A DNA stretch of 63,920 bases, the filler included, from Octopus bimaculoides (Eukaryota), in assembly GCF_001194135.2 (NCBI RefSeq). It is 6 parts of 6 records of this genome, joined end to end, with 100 filler letters (N's around TTAATTAATTAA, not from the genome) between each part and the next. Parts side by side here need not be neighbours in the genome. Positions count along the whole stretch, not along the records: positions 1 to 25,168 come from NC_068994.1; 5 more parts are not named here. One strand, 5' to 3'. Positions 1 to 12,651 of this stretch are shown piece after piece; position 1 is the first letter of the stretch; the number at the start of each line of letters is the position of its first letter. Made by a program: the position numbers and the translations under genes. A model generated the notes under the pieces. That model saw nothing but the letters and a program-made list of their open reading frames with translations, had not been told where the DNA came from and did no database searches.

Positions 1-49
<49 letters not shown>

Positions 50-508
50 CTATTATTATTAATTTTGTCTTTGGTCAGTAAGTGTTATTTCCTATTTGTT
101 TTTATCTCGAAATGAAAGGAAACGACTACTATTCCCTTCAAACTTTGCTTTTGTGACCTGGACATCAATATTTTGAAACTGAACCGTTTTCCATTACATT
201 TCACACAGATTCAGTGCTGAGTTGCTGAAGCAGAAATATCGTTACAGTCAATATTCTACTCAATACCACAGATTTGCTTGTCAGTTGCTTGACTTTAACC
301 TGTTGAGACTATCGCTTCGTGGCTGACAATATGTACACTTCTGATGATGAGCAGGAGCAGCGAGGGAGCATGATAGCCATGCGTTGAGAGGGATTCTCTG
401 GAGTTAGAATAAACATTTGAATAAAATACTAGCCATTTTCAATGCTTTCTAGTGATAAGCAAATAGGGAATAACAGTTGTTACCCAAGAACAAAAACGAT
501 GTTAGACA

Positions 509-713
509 GTTTCAAATTTTGGCACATGTCGATAATTTCGGGGAAGGGGGTTAAGTTGATTACATGAAGCCCAGTATTCAACTGGTACTATTTTATCAAC
601 TCTGAAAGCATGAAATGCATAGTTGACCTCGGTGGAATTTGAACGTAAAGACGGACGAAATGCCGCCAAGAATTTTATCCGGCGAGCTAACGTTTCTACC
701 AGTTGGCCACCTT
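509..713 (-). mobile_element. Short tRNA-derived SINE, family B (about 200 bp)
   Basis: Reverse complement reads head-...gttcaaattccaccgaggtcaac...tttcatgctttcagagttgataaaatagtaccag...; the same core recurs at 7.6k, 31.8k, 33.6k, 47.9k, 48.8k and 58.8k. Confidence 0.75.
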
Positions 714-1701
714 AAATAAAACTAAACTATAAGTAACCGACCTGCAAATCGTGGGTGAAAAAGACCTCCGGAGAGAAAAATCGAAGGCTGGTCGTGTAGT
801 TGTATCTATTTCGAGTTCTGTTGTTTTCAAAAATGCGAATTATTTCACGTTTCTCGAAGTTTCTATTTTCCTATGATATATAGAAAATATATTATTTAGA
901 AGTGAATAAAACTGTCACGATCTTTAGTATTTTAGTATTTTTCGCTTTTATTTATTTGCCCCCAAGACATGATAGTTCATTGGTATAACAGTATACTAGA
1001 CTTTTACCATAATATTTTTGCCTTTCTACTGTGTATCTGTCATAACACAAATATAATTATCCACTTCTATAACCAATTGTAATTTTCCATTGAGATTTAA
1101 AGTCATAATACAATGACGATGAAACCGTGAAGTTGAAAAAATATACGCAACTGGAATTGTAATTTTTATTGAGAAAATAAGAGTTAGATTTCACCATTGC
1201 ATTTGGTGTATATTTGGAGAAATGATTCCAGTAAATTTTTCGATATGTTTTCGTATTCATGGGTGGTAAGGGATTAGTGACGTATTTAATCGGGACCTTA
1301 AGTCGCTAGCTATTCGCTGGTGTGTTGTTTTAGTCAGTATTATTGTAATCAAGCAACAAAGAAGCATGCCGAACATAGACTATTAGATAACATCTCACTG
1401 AAGACGTCAAGACACACAAGTATGGCGTTTCTAAGCATTACCGGATAAATTCAGTTTGTGGAAGTTTGTCACGCAATCAAGCTGTAGGTGTTGATTAGAT
1501 AGACTGTCTGTGTTTTATTTTCTCAGACTCGATATACAACACATGGTGATATCACCTTCATTAGTTACGCATACCTACACGGGTGTTTGTAATTGGTGCC
1601 GACAAAATCTGTAGTATGTAAACAAAATTTGTAGTTAATCACGCCTCGTGGATGTTGAAACTATATGTGCGAGTACGAAAGACTGTTTTTTTTTTTCAAA
1701 T

Positions 1702-1882
1702 TTATTCTTTTCCTAGTTTCAGTCATTTGACTGCGGCCTTACTGGAGCACCGCCTTGAAGTCGAACAAATCGACTCTAGGAGTAATGTTTTTTTAAGCCT
1801 TATTCTATCGGTCTCTTTTTGCCGAACCGCTAAGTTATGGTGACGTAAAGTAACCAACACCGGTTGTCAAGCAGTGAGGGTG

Positions 1883-1915
<33 letters not shown>

Positions 1916-2033
1916 ATGACAGTATTCTTTCAGTTTCTGTCTAACAAATCCAATCACAAAGATTTATTCAGCCCGAGGCTGAACCCGGAACCATGTGGTT
2001 TGGAAGCAAACTTCTTACCACACAGCCACGCCC
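1702..2033 (-). mobile_element. tRNA-derived SINE, family A (head + CORE-like segment + internal (CA)n + LINE-like tail)
   Basis: Minus strand has head gtggctgtgtggtaagaag...ggttccgggttca, an internal microsatellite, and tail ...gcggttcggcaaaaagagaccgatagaataag...gccgcagtcaaatgactgaaac. More than 10 similar copies in the window. Confidence 0.85.
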
Positions 2034-2174
2034 GAGCCTCGTCAATTTCTAAATTGTTTTATTGAACGATACCTGTCTTTATTCGTGCATATCTAACTGT
2101 CGGTTATGATATAGGTAACGTATGCAAATATTAGCTAACCTGATGCAATATTTAAATATATGTTAATATATATA

Positions 2175-2501
2175 GGAGGGAGCATTAACGGTTACGATGA
2201 TAAGGGTTCCAGTTGATCCGATCAACAGAACAGCCTGATCGTGAAATTAATGTGCAAGTGGCTGAGCACTCCACAGACACGTGTACCTTTAATGTATTTC
2301 TAAGGGAGATTCAGCGTGACACATAGTGTAACAAAGCTGGCCCTTTCAAATACAGGTACTACTCATTTTTGCCAGCTGAGTGGACTGGAGCAACGTGAAA
2401 ATAAAGTGTCTTGCTGAAGGACACAACGCGTGGCTGGGAATTAACTTATGACCTTTCGATCGAAAGCCGAATGCCCTAACCGCTAAGCCATGAAGCTTCA
2501 C
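2175..2501 (-). mobile_element. tRNA-derived SINE, family C
   Basis: Minus strand A box TGGCTTAGCGG and B-box-like region, then ccttcagcaagacactttattttcacgttgctccagtccactcagctggcaaaaatgagt, shared with the copy at 18467-18730. Confidence 0.75.
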
Positions 2502-3860
2502 AGGAAGGAGCATTAAACTGTGAACAAAAAATATGTTCGGTTTTAGAAATGGACAGAAAAGTATTGAGGGAAACACCTTGCTACGATAGGAGCTCCACCT
2601 GTTAACAAGTTTACACTCTACACTTTGTCTTACTCATATCCGGTGATGGGAAACCTTGTTCAGGAGCCCAAACTGGATACTGTTAACCGGAACCAGAGGA
2701 GCTCAGGACTCATATGAAGCCAGGTCGTTACATCTTGAAGAATTGGCAGAAACCAATAGACACAGGGTTAACTGTTGAAATATTTAATGCATGAGATATT
2801 AAGAAGCTAAACAGAAATTATTTGTTGAGTTAAAAAAAAAATTGAAACAACTAGTAGTTGACTACTATATGTTCCAGTTTCATTATGAGCTCATCATCGA
2901 AGCATAGACTTGTCTGCATCTGCCAATTTAGTGATAAACGAATCACTAAATAAATGCTCAAGATTGTACACGGTTTGGTATGGACAGATATAATTGTTTA
3001 TAGAATAAATCATTCGTCGCAGTCTGGTTGACTGGATGGAGCGGAAGCAGCAACTATTGAATAAATAGACAGAATACGAATATTTTGATTGGATGAACAC
3101 TGCGTTTAGTTATGTATTAGATAAACATAGACTGCAAACAGAATATAGATTCTGACTGCATGAAGTCAGTTAAAAGACATTTTGCCTAATATATATACAC
3201 TGGGATGTGCATGTTGGTTATACGAGATTATCTGTAAATATTGATTAGATTAGTTGTATGAATGAATGTTGGTAAGTTTGATAAATTATTTAAGCGTAGA
3301 ATGGTGGAGAATTTGCAAGCTGTCCATGTTAACTAAATTGATAAAATGTGTATGTAATCGTTGAATGGAAAGACAAAACTTGCTAAGTATGGATTGTATA
3401 TATATATATATGTATATATATATATGTAATTTTGTATGCTTACGTAAAATACTAAAAGTGAATATAGTAGAAACTCGGTTTCGAACGACTCTGATCAGGA
3501 ATAAATCATGCGTGTTTTATATCTATATACATATATATATATATATATANNNNNNNNNNNNNNNNNNNNNNNNNNNNNNNNNNNNNNNNNNNNNNNNNNN
3601 NNNNNNNNNNNNNNNNNNNNNNNNNNNNNNNNNNNNNNNNNNNNNNNNNNNNNNNNNNNNNNNNNNNNNNNNNNNNNNNNNNNNNNNNNNNNNNNNNNNN
3701 NNNNNNNNNNNNNNNNNNNNNNNNNNNNNNNNNNNNNNNNNNNNNNNNNNNNNNNNNNNNNNNNNNNNNNNNNNNNNNNNNNNNNNNNNNNNNNNNNNNN
3801 NNNNNNNNNNNNNNNNNNNNNNNNNNNNNNNNNNNNNNNNNNNNNNNNNNNNNNNNNNNN

Positions 3861-3900
<40 letters not shown>

Positions 3901-4946
3901 TATTGATTCTGTCTCAGTCTTTATTTCTTCAGCTCATTAACTGTGTCCCTATCTACCAATTTTAGTATATATGCATAAACGCTAACACTAAATTCACATA
4001 TATGTATACACTCCTACCTTCTTTACATCGCTCTTCAGGCGCCAAGGCTACGACCTTACTCCAGCACCGAGTTTTGAGTTTAATATATAGGCGAGGCGTG
4101 CAAGTATACAATACACACACACGCACGCACACACCTAACACACACACATGCACGCATAGAGGAATAGACACATACAAAGAAGTTTTATGACCGCGTGTTT
4201 CGTGTTTATACATTCACACATACACACAGAGATTTGTACATATATATGTATGTGTGTAGGTGCGTTTGCACGTACAAAAAGATGTATAAACGTAGATATA
4301 TGTACGTATATATATATATATATNNNNNNNNNNNNNNNNNNNNNNNNNNNNNNNNNNNNNNNNNNNNNNNNNNNNNNNNNNNNNNNNNNNNNNNNNNNNN
4401 NNNNNNNNNNNNNNNNNNNNNNNNNNNNNNNNNNNNNNNNNNNNNNNNNNNNNNNNNNNNNNNNNNNNNNNNNNNNNNNNNNNNNNNNNNNNNNNNNNNN
4501 NNNNNNNNNNNNNNNNNNNNNNNNNNNNNNNNNNNNNNNNNNNNNNNNNNNNNNNNNNNNNNNNNNNNNNNNNNNNNNNNNNNNNNNNNNNNNNNNNNNN
4601 NNNNNNNNNNNNNNNNNNNNNNNNNNNNNNNNNNNNNNNNNNNNNNNNNNNNNNNNNNNNNNNNNNNNNNNNNNNNNNNNNNNNNNNNNNNNNNNNNNNN
4701 NNNNNNNNNNNNNNNNNNNNNNNNNNNNNNNNNNNNNNNNNNNNNNNNNNNNNNNNNNNNNNNNNNNNNNNNNNNNNNNNNNNNNNNNNNNNNNNNNNNN
4801 NNNNNNNNNNNNNNNNNNNNNNNNNNNNNNNNNNNNNNNNNNNNNNNNNNNNNNNNNNNNNNNNNNNNNNNNNNNNNNNNNNNNNNNNNNNNNNNNNNNN
4901 NNNNNNNNNNNNNNNNNNNNNNNNNNNNNNNNNNNNNNNNNNNNNN

Positions 4947-4997
<51 letters not shown>

Positions 4998-5415
4998 CAT
5001 AAACATGAATGCATATATGTGTGTGTGTATATGTGTGTCTATGCATATATGTATGTATCTACCTAAGGATGTATCATTATATCACACGTTAGTTTCAGCG
5101 GGCTGGTTGGGGTAATGGCGTGTGCACAACACAACAGAGCATATTTTCGTCACACAGAAAAACCATCTAACAAAGCATTGCACAGAATCTACTGCACGAC
5201 TCTGATTTAGCACGATCCAGCTAACTGTGAATGGAGAGTTCGTGCCTCACTGTTGACATTTCAGAAAATGTCAACTAACTTTGGTTTTTGTCTTCTTCTG
5301 ATATAGACGGTTTCTCTAGTTTTCGTTGGTGTTGTTGCTGTTCTTGTTGTTGTTGCTTTCTCTGGAGTTTTAGTTTTTGTTGTTTATACATTTGCTAACT
5401 GTGACTGCTCGATTG

Positions 5416-5447
<32 letters not shown>

Positions 5448-6149
5448 CTTCTTCTCCGTCTCTTACTCGTCCCATCTCCTACTCCCCNNNNNNNNNNNNN
5501 NNNNNNNNNNNNNNNNNNNNNNNNNNNNNNNNNNNNNNNNNNNNNNNNNNNNNNNNNNNNNNNNNNNNNNNNNNNNNNNNNNNNNNNNNNNNNNNNNNNN
5601 NNNNNNNNNNNNNNNNNNNNNNNNNNNNNNNNNNNNNNNNNNNNNNNNNNNNNNNNNNNNNNNNNNNNNNNNNNNNNNNNNNNNNNNNNNNNNNNNNNNN
5701 NNNNNNNNNNNNNNNNNNNNNNNNNNNNNNNNNNNNNNNNNNNNNNNNNNNNNNNNNNNNNNNNNNNNNNNNNNNNNNNNNNNNNNNNNNNNNNNNNNNN
5801 NNNNNNNNNNNNNNNNNNNNNNNNNNNNNNNNNNNNNNNNNNNNNNNNNNNNNNNNNNNNNNNNNNNNNNNNNNNNNNNNNNNNNNNNNNNNNNNNNNNN
5901 NNNNNNNNNNNNNNNNNNNNNNNNNNNNNNNNNNNNNNNNNNNNNNNNNNNNNNNNNNNNNNNNNNNNNNNNNNNNNNNNNNNNNNNNNNNNNNNNNNNN
6001 NNNNNNNNNNNNNNNNNNNNNNNNNNNNNNNNNNNNNNNNNNCATCACTACCACCACCACCACCACCACCACCACCACCACCACTGCCACCGCCACCACC
6101 ACTGCCACTTCCACCATCATACCACCCTGATCACAAACCACCATCTACT

Positions 6150-6388
6150 CAGAAAGCTTTTGCTCAGACCGGTGCTATAGTAGAAAACACCTGTCCAAGG
6201 TGCCACGTAATGGCATCGAACCCGTAACATCGTGGTTGGGAACTAAGCTTCTACTGTGAAGTGGTAAAATGCAAAGTCTAGTTCGGTGGAATTTGAACCG
6301 AGCAGGTGATGAATCGGAAGAATACTGCCATGTTTATTTTTCGTTTATGTTTTTTTTCCGGCGCATTAACGATTCTGCCAACATGGCG
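6150..6388 (-). mobile_element. Adjacent fragments of SINE family A (head) and family B
   Basis: gctatagtagaaaacacctgtccaaggtgccacg...gaacccg matches the family A head on the minus strand; ggtggaatttgaacc...ccggcgcattaacgattctgcca matches family B. Confidence 0.55.
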
Positions 6389-6682
6389 CATGTTTTCATT
6401 GATTGTTTAAGAGAATATTAGTTTATCACATGATGTTGAACGGGGCAATATCTGACTGTATACATGACGTGGATGGTGATATTTACGTACCCTCGAAACA
6501 AACAGCAATAGAATTTTGTAATTTATTTAATAGCAGCAAATGTAACAATAAACACAGTAAACACAACACAGTTGGTTTTATCTTTACGTGGGATTACGAC
6601 ACGTTTTACAAAACGAGAAAATTTATTTGCTTTAAAAATCGATACTCAGGACTACCAGGGGTGAAGTTTTCTTTAGGAAGGC

Positions 6683-6925
6683 ATCATTGACTTATTCGCC
6701 AACAAAATTTATGCGCCCATTCTCAAACAATGAACAATGTAATAAAGTCGCTAAGAAAATGCATTAAACTTCATGGAAACAAACTAAGGGATTAGGCAAT
6801 AGAGAATTTAAAGAAATTTTGAAACACCTAGAAGCGGAATATGGCGATTTATTGTACCATTGCGAGGTTTCCTGGCTAAACAAAGGGCGTACACTCGATC
6901 GTTTCTATGAGTTGAGGAACGAAAT
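6683..6925 (+). pseudogene. hAT (Charlie/SPIN/GTF2IRD2-like) transposase fragment
   Basis: Translates TKGLGNREFKEILKHLEAEYGDLLYHCEVSWLNKGRTLDRFYELRNEMK, matching the family motif EYGDLLYHxEVRWLSRGxxLxRF as I recall it; upstream is frameshifted. Confidence 0.75.
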
Positions 6926-7554
6926 GAAATACAGCAGGCTTGTTAAAGGTGTCCACTTTATGAAATTGGAAAACGGTGTTCATTTTTCTTTTGTTTTTTT
7001 TTTTTTGATATTACTAGCGAGTTGAAAATTTCACGAGAGACCAAATTAACTTCAGAAACTTTCAATAAATTGCTGGTAACTATTCAGTAGAAACACGCTG
7101 TAGAAGATTTTCCAACACTGAACGAACAAAACCGAGAATTAATTGTAAAGTATGTTACAATATGATTATGAATTTGTTTTGCAAGTTTCCTGATGTGAAA
7201 TCGTGTGTTGAGACAGATTTTATTATATTTCGGGATGGTCATGTCATTTTTTTTTATTCTTGCTAAATAAACCCACGCACTATATATCATATATTCGTTC
7301 TTCACTCGTTTATTAATGTTCTTATCTTATGTCCATTGTCTGGAAATCTTTCATCACACATCTGTAACTTCTTCAGCGACACTTCCATCCACGTGTTTTC
7401 TCCTGTTCTGTTTAGGCCTCTTTGCCTTTCTATGATGAGAGTCAAAATAAAAACATAAGTAGATAAACAAAATGACGGTCCTGAAATATAACAATATATT
7501 ACAGTATCTTTTGTATAAATGTACATTTTTGTTTTACTTTCTGTAATGCATACC

Positions 7555-7745
7555 AGGCCTGATATTTTGCTGGGAGTTGCTAGTCGATAACCTCGGACCC
7601 AGTGCTCAGCTGGTGCTTCTTTTATCGACCCCTAAAGGATGAAAGGCAAAGTCGACCACGGCATCATTTGAATTCACCACATAAAGAGTCGAAAGAAATG
7701 CCGCTAAGCATTTTCTGCGGTGGGTTAACGATCCTGCCTTCTCGC
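7555..7745 (-). mobile_element. SINE family B copy
   Basis: gctggtgcttcttttatcgacccctaaaggatgaaaggcaaagtcgacc is the reverse complement of the family B core. Confidence 0.75.
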
Positions 7746-8400
7746 CTGCTTTCCTTTCTACATAAAAAAAAAAAAAACTTAGCCATTTTCGAGGAAACGC
7801 ACACTCAGAATAACACAACTGTTTCCCAACACTAACCGACTTTTGTTCGGTTTGAAATGACATTTAACTAAGAAACAATCGTCTGCCAGACTTACAGATA
7901 ATAATATTACACACAATGAGTTGTCACATACTCAGTCATCTCTAACACTTTTCAGCTTTTCCAGACAGAGCAGGACCAGCCCTTTCATTAATATGCAATG
8001 TAAGAAATTTCATTAATTTAAAACATTAAACTCTATGCTGTGATTGGCGCCTCGGTACTTCAGGACTTAAAGTGTTATAACTATTTGATTAATAAAATGA
8101 AATAGTGTATATGTATGTACATACATACACACACATCATATTATATTATGTTACGTATTAATTGTGGAGTGTTGTTTTGGCACTTTACTCTTAAAAGAAA
8201 TTATTAAAGCACCAGTGCAATGTTGATTACGCGTATTAATCAGACACACACGTACGTACACACATACGCGCACACACACATTATTAATACATACTCAATA
8301 TATGAATTTCTTTGCTATGGAATTGGATTTCGAAGTACATATAAAGCTATAGATAACAGCATGTAAATATTGGGTTGAAAATCTTTTTTGGATAGGAATA

Positions 8401-8479
8401 GTCGAAGTCTGCTCGTTGGATTCGAACCTACAACTCCTCTAGACATGACAAGCGTTCTAGCATTGTACCAACGCATTCC
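8401..8479 (-). mobile_element. tRNA-like SINE head or tRNA pseudogene
   Basis: Minus strand ggaatgcgttggtacaatgctagaacgc...ggttcgaatcc contains A- and B-box-like motifs; no complete cloverleaf seen. Confidence 0.4.
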
Positions 8480-8903
8480 TTCGAATTTCTTGGCTTGGTA
8501 TATCCTTTACTTTCTGCTATTGTTAGAATGACGCTTGCATTTCTCCAAGATTTTCCACTTGATATAACCCGGCAAAAATAATTCTCCGAGAAATATTCAC
8601 ATAAGACACTTAGTGGGTGGTTGTATAATGTTATTTTATGAAGTGGCTGAGAGAGAAGAGAACATATGAACATGTATGGGAGATTGTGAGCCACGAAAGA
8701 GCTTGAGTATTCTCTGGCAGGATCAACGCTGACCAACGCTGCTCAAAACCACTGGAAGAATGATGGCTGTTGGAAGGGGTCGAAATCTCTTTCCATGTGG
8801 GTGTGTGAGTGAGTGTGTGCGTGTGTGCGCGTGCCCACCCGCGTAAGTGTATCTCCCTTGACAATTGTTTGATCAGTTTCGGTTTCACTATTACATGCAT
8901 GCT

Positions 8904-9186
8904 AAAAGAAGCCTGTCGTATATATATGTATATATGTATGTGAGTGTATATGTTTGTGTGTCTGTGTTTGTCCCCCCCCCCTCTACAACATCGCTTGAAA
9001 ACCGATGCTGGTGTATTTAAGTCCCTGTAACATAGCGGTTCGGGCAAAAGAGACTGATAGAATAAGTACTAGGCTTACAAAGAATAAGTCCTGGGGTCTA
9101 TTTGCTCGACTAAAAGGCGGTGCTCTAGCATGGCCGCAGTCAAATGACTGAAACAAGTAAAAGAGAGTAAAAGAGAGTAAAAGAGA
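8904..9186 (+). mobile_element. SINE family A, 3' half
   Basis: catcgcttgaaaaccgatgctggtg...ggcggtgctctagcatggccgcagtcaaatgactgaaacaagtaaaaga with a repeated aagagagtaa tail. Confidence 0.85.
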
Positions 9187-10100
9187 ATATACACATACAT
9201 ACTTACATACACGTATATATNNNNNNNNNNNNNNNNNNNNNNNNNNNNNNNNNNNNNNNNNNNNNNNNNNNNNNNNNNNNNNNNNNNNNNNNNNNNNNNN
9301 NNNNNNNNNNNNNNNNNNNNNNNNNNNNNNNNNNNNNNNNNNNNNNNNNNNNNNNNNNNNNNNNNNNNNNNNNNNNNNNNNNNNNNNNNNNNNNNNNNNN
9401 NNNNNNNNNNNNNNNNNNNNNNNNNNNNNNNNNNNNNNNNNNNNNNNNNNNNNNNNNNNNNNNNNNNNNNNNNNNNNNNNNNNNNNNNNNNNNNNNNNNN
9501 NNNNNNNNNNNNNNNNNNNNNNNNNNNNNNNNNNNNNNNNNNNNNNNNNNNNNNNNNNNNNNNNNNNNNNNNNNNNNNNNNNNNNATATATATATATATA
9601 ATACATTCACACACATACACGTGACTGTGTACATTGGAAGTTCTAGCTAGTTCTAGTTTGATTAATCTACTCTACAGTCTATAACGAAAGCTGAAGTTTG
9701 TTTAATGGAATATCTACGTGAGCTACATAACATTTTCCAAGTAATGTACTGGTGACACTAGTCTGCATATAACGGTTTATTGTTGGTTTTTGTTGCTTGT
9801 GCTGGTGGTTGGCGTTCTCAGCGAGAGGCGACGTTGACCGCGTGGTTGGCTGCAAGATCTTGCAGCGAAGCGTGGCGGCGAGCGTGGTGTAGGTGGCGTT
9901 TGAAATTCGCAGCGATGAGCGGTGGTGATTATGACACAGACATCGCCTCCAGTGAAACGTGGAGGTGACCGCGTTGGTGCCCTGGATCTTCCTGTAATCT
10001 GTATGTAATGTATGCATTGGTGTATGTGTATATGAGTGTATGTGTGTATAAGTGGGTTTGTGGGATTATATCTCTGACTCTGTCTACGTACGTATGTATG

Positions 10101-10131
<31 letters not shown>

Positions 10132-11005
10132 GTATGTATGTATGTATGTATGATTGTGTTCTTATGAACATTTGTGCTGTCCCGCTTATATCCGTGTTTA
10201 AATACATACGTGACTGTATGTGACTGTATCCAACCATATATTCATACATACATACATACATACATACGTACACGCACATATATACATCTATACATACGTA
10301 CGTAGACATAATACGTATNNNNNNNNNNNNNNNNNNNNNNNNNNNNNNNNNNNNNNNNNNNNNNNNNNNNNNNNNNNNNNNNNNNNNNNNNNNNNNNNNN
10401 NNNNNNNNNNNNNNNNNNNNNNNNNNNNNNNNNNNNNNNNNNNNNNNNNNNNNNNNNNNNNNNNNNNNNNNNNNNNNNNNNNNNNNNNNNNNNNNNNNNN
10501 NNNNNNNNNNNNNNNNNNNNNNNNNNNNNNNNNNNNNNNNNNNNNNNNNNNNNNNNNNNNNNNNNNNNNNNNNNNNNNNNNNNNNNNNNNNNNNNNNNNN
10601 NNNNNNNNNNNNNNNNNNNNNNNNNNNNNNNNNNNNNNNNNNNNNNNNNNNNNNNNNNNNNNNNNNNNNNNNNNNNNNNNNNNNNNNNNNNNNNNNNNNN
10701 NNNNNNNNNNNNNNNNNNNNNNNNNNNNNNNNNNNNNNNNNNNNNNNNNNNNNNNNNNNNNNNNNNNNNNNNNNNNNNNNNNNNNNNNNNNNNNNNNNNN
10801 NNNNNNNNNNNNNNNNNNNNNNNNNNNNNNNNNNNNNNNNNNNNNNNNNNNNNNNNNNNNNNNNNNNNNNNNNNNNNNNNNNNNNNNNNNNNNNNNNNNN
10901 NNNNNNNNNNNNNNNNNNNNNNNNNNNNNNNNNNNNNNNNNNNNNNNNNNNNNNNNNNNNNNNNNNNNNNNNNNNNNNNNNNNNNNNNNNNNNNNNNNNN
11001 NNNNN

Positions 11006-11790
11006 TAGCACATTTTCGGGGGTTACGCTCGTGACAGGTCTTCGAGTTCGCTCATCGTCTTCCAGGAACTTTCCTTCGCTTTTGAAGCGATCGTGCCACT
11101 TAAAACATTGCGTACGACCCATTGCCTCATCGCCGTAAGCTTGCCGAAAAATGCTCAATGTCTGTGCAACAGACTTCCAACGTTTAACGCAAACTTTCAC
11201 GTCGGTTCTTTGTCCCTATCCATAACAAAATCGCAGGCTACAGCATAGGTGTGGTCACAACTTCGCTCATCGTCTTCCAGGAATGTTCCTTCGCTTTTGA
11301 AACGACCGTATTACTTAAAACATTGCGTACGACCCATTGCCTTGCCGAAAAATGCTCAATGTCTGTGTAACAGACTTCCCATGTTTAACACAAAATTTCA
11401 CGTCCGCTCTTTGTTCTTATCCATAACAAAATCGCAGGCTACAACATAGGTGTGGTCACAACTTCGCTCATCGTCTTCCAGGAATGTTCCTTCGCCTTTG
11501 AAGCGACCGTATTACTTAAAACATTGCGTACTACCCATTGCCTTGCCGAAAAATGCTCAATGTCTGTGTACCAGACTTCCCACGTTTAACGCAAAATTTC
11601 ACGTCGGCTCTTTGTTCTTATCCATAACAAAATCGCAGGCTACAGCATACGTGTGATCACAACTTGCGAAGAAAACACAGCGATGTTACTCGGCATACTG
11701 CCACATGAAGAAGGTCACCGCTAGGTGTGCTACCGTCTGTTGGCGCGCTACAGATCAAATCCGAGAACTTTTTTGATAAGTGTAGGTGTA
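11006..11790 (-). mobile_element. Mariner element 5' portion with a tandemly triplicated N-terminal segment
   Basis: Minus strand encodes KVCVKRWKSVAQTLSIFRQAYGDEAMGRTQCFKWHDRFKSEGKFLEDDERTRRP (mariner HTH region). TIR-like end at about 11760-11790. The remainder runs into the gap at 10319-11005. Confidence 0.85.
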
Positions 11791-12356
11791 TATAAACACT
11801 AGAAAGTTTATTTGTGTGCATAAGCGCTAAGACACGTCTGGAGGTTAGTATGTATTAACACACGTTCAGTTTAACATTATATTGTAAATACATGAAAATC
11901 TCCGCTGATTCATCATAAAAAAACATAATATGCTTATAAGCTAAATTCAGACAGTATGATTTTGTTTTATAACACTTTAATATTCATATCCAAAAATCAC
12001 TTTAAGAACCTGCTCACTGAACCAAAGATAATGACTATCAGAGAGCAAGTAAGTATTTTATAAAACATTGTTCACCATCTTCCCACAATAAATAAACAGT
12101 AAACATTCAATCACGTATAATATACATATATATTTATATTTACATACACGTATCTGCTTACCCCTGTATACATGTATTATGTATGAATGTATGTGTATAT
12201 AAATATATATAGAGAGAGCTTTTTCTCTCTTTCTTTCTCTCCTCCTCCCTCCCATCTTCCACACGCTCTCCCTATATATANNNNNNNNNNNNNNNNNNNN
12301 NNNNNNNNNNNNNNNNNNNNNNNNNNNNNNNNNNNNNNNNNNNNNNNNNNNNNNNN

Positions 12357-12388
<32 letters not shown>

Positions 12389-12599
12389 GGACATACATGC
12401 ATACACACACAAACACACACACACATTCACATACAGACCACTCTGCTTTTATTAAAATCCGGGAATGAAAATATCAAAGCATTTTAAGAGCAAGATCACC
12501 GAACTATATCACTCTATCGCATGACAATCACCGACCTAGACAATCCCCCATCCTCCAAAATTATATATATATATGTATACGCACGTACGCGCACACACG

Positions 12600-12651
<52 letters not shown>

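Noticed and set aside
5252-5275. Short palindrome gttgacattt-caga-aaatgtcaac
   Set aside because: A 10-bp arm in AT-rich DNA is expected by chance; no supporting context.
11047-11665. Tandem repeats as a CRISPR array (also the 15-bp array at 37051)
   Set aside because: No unique spacers, no cas genes, and the context is eukaryotic.
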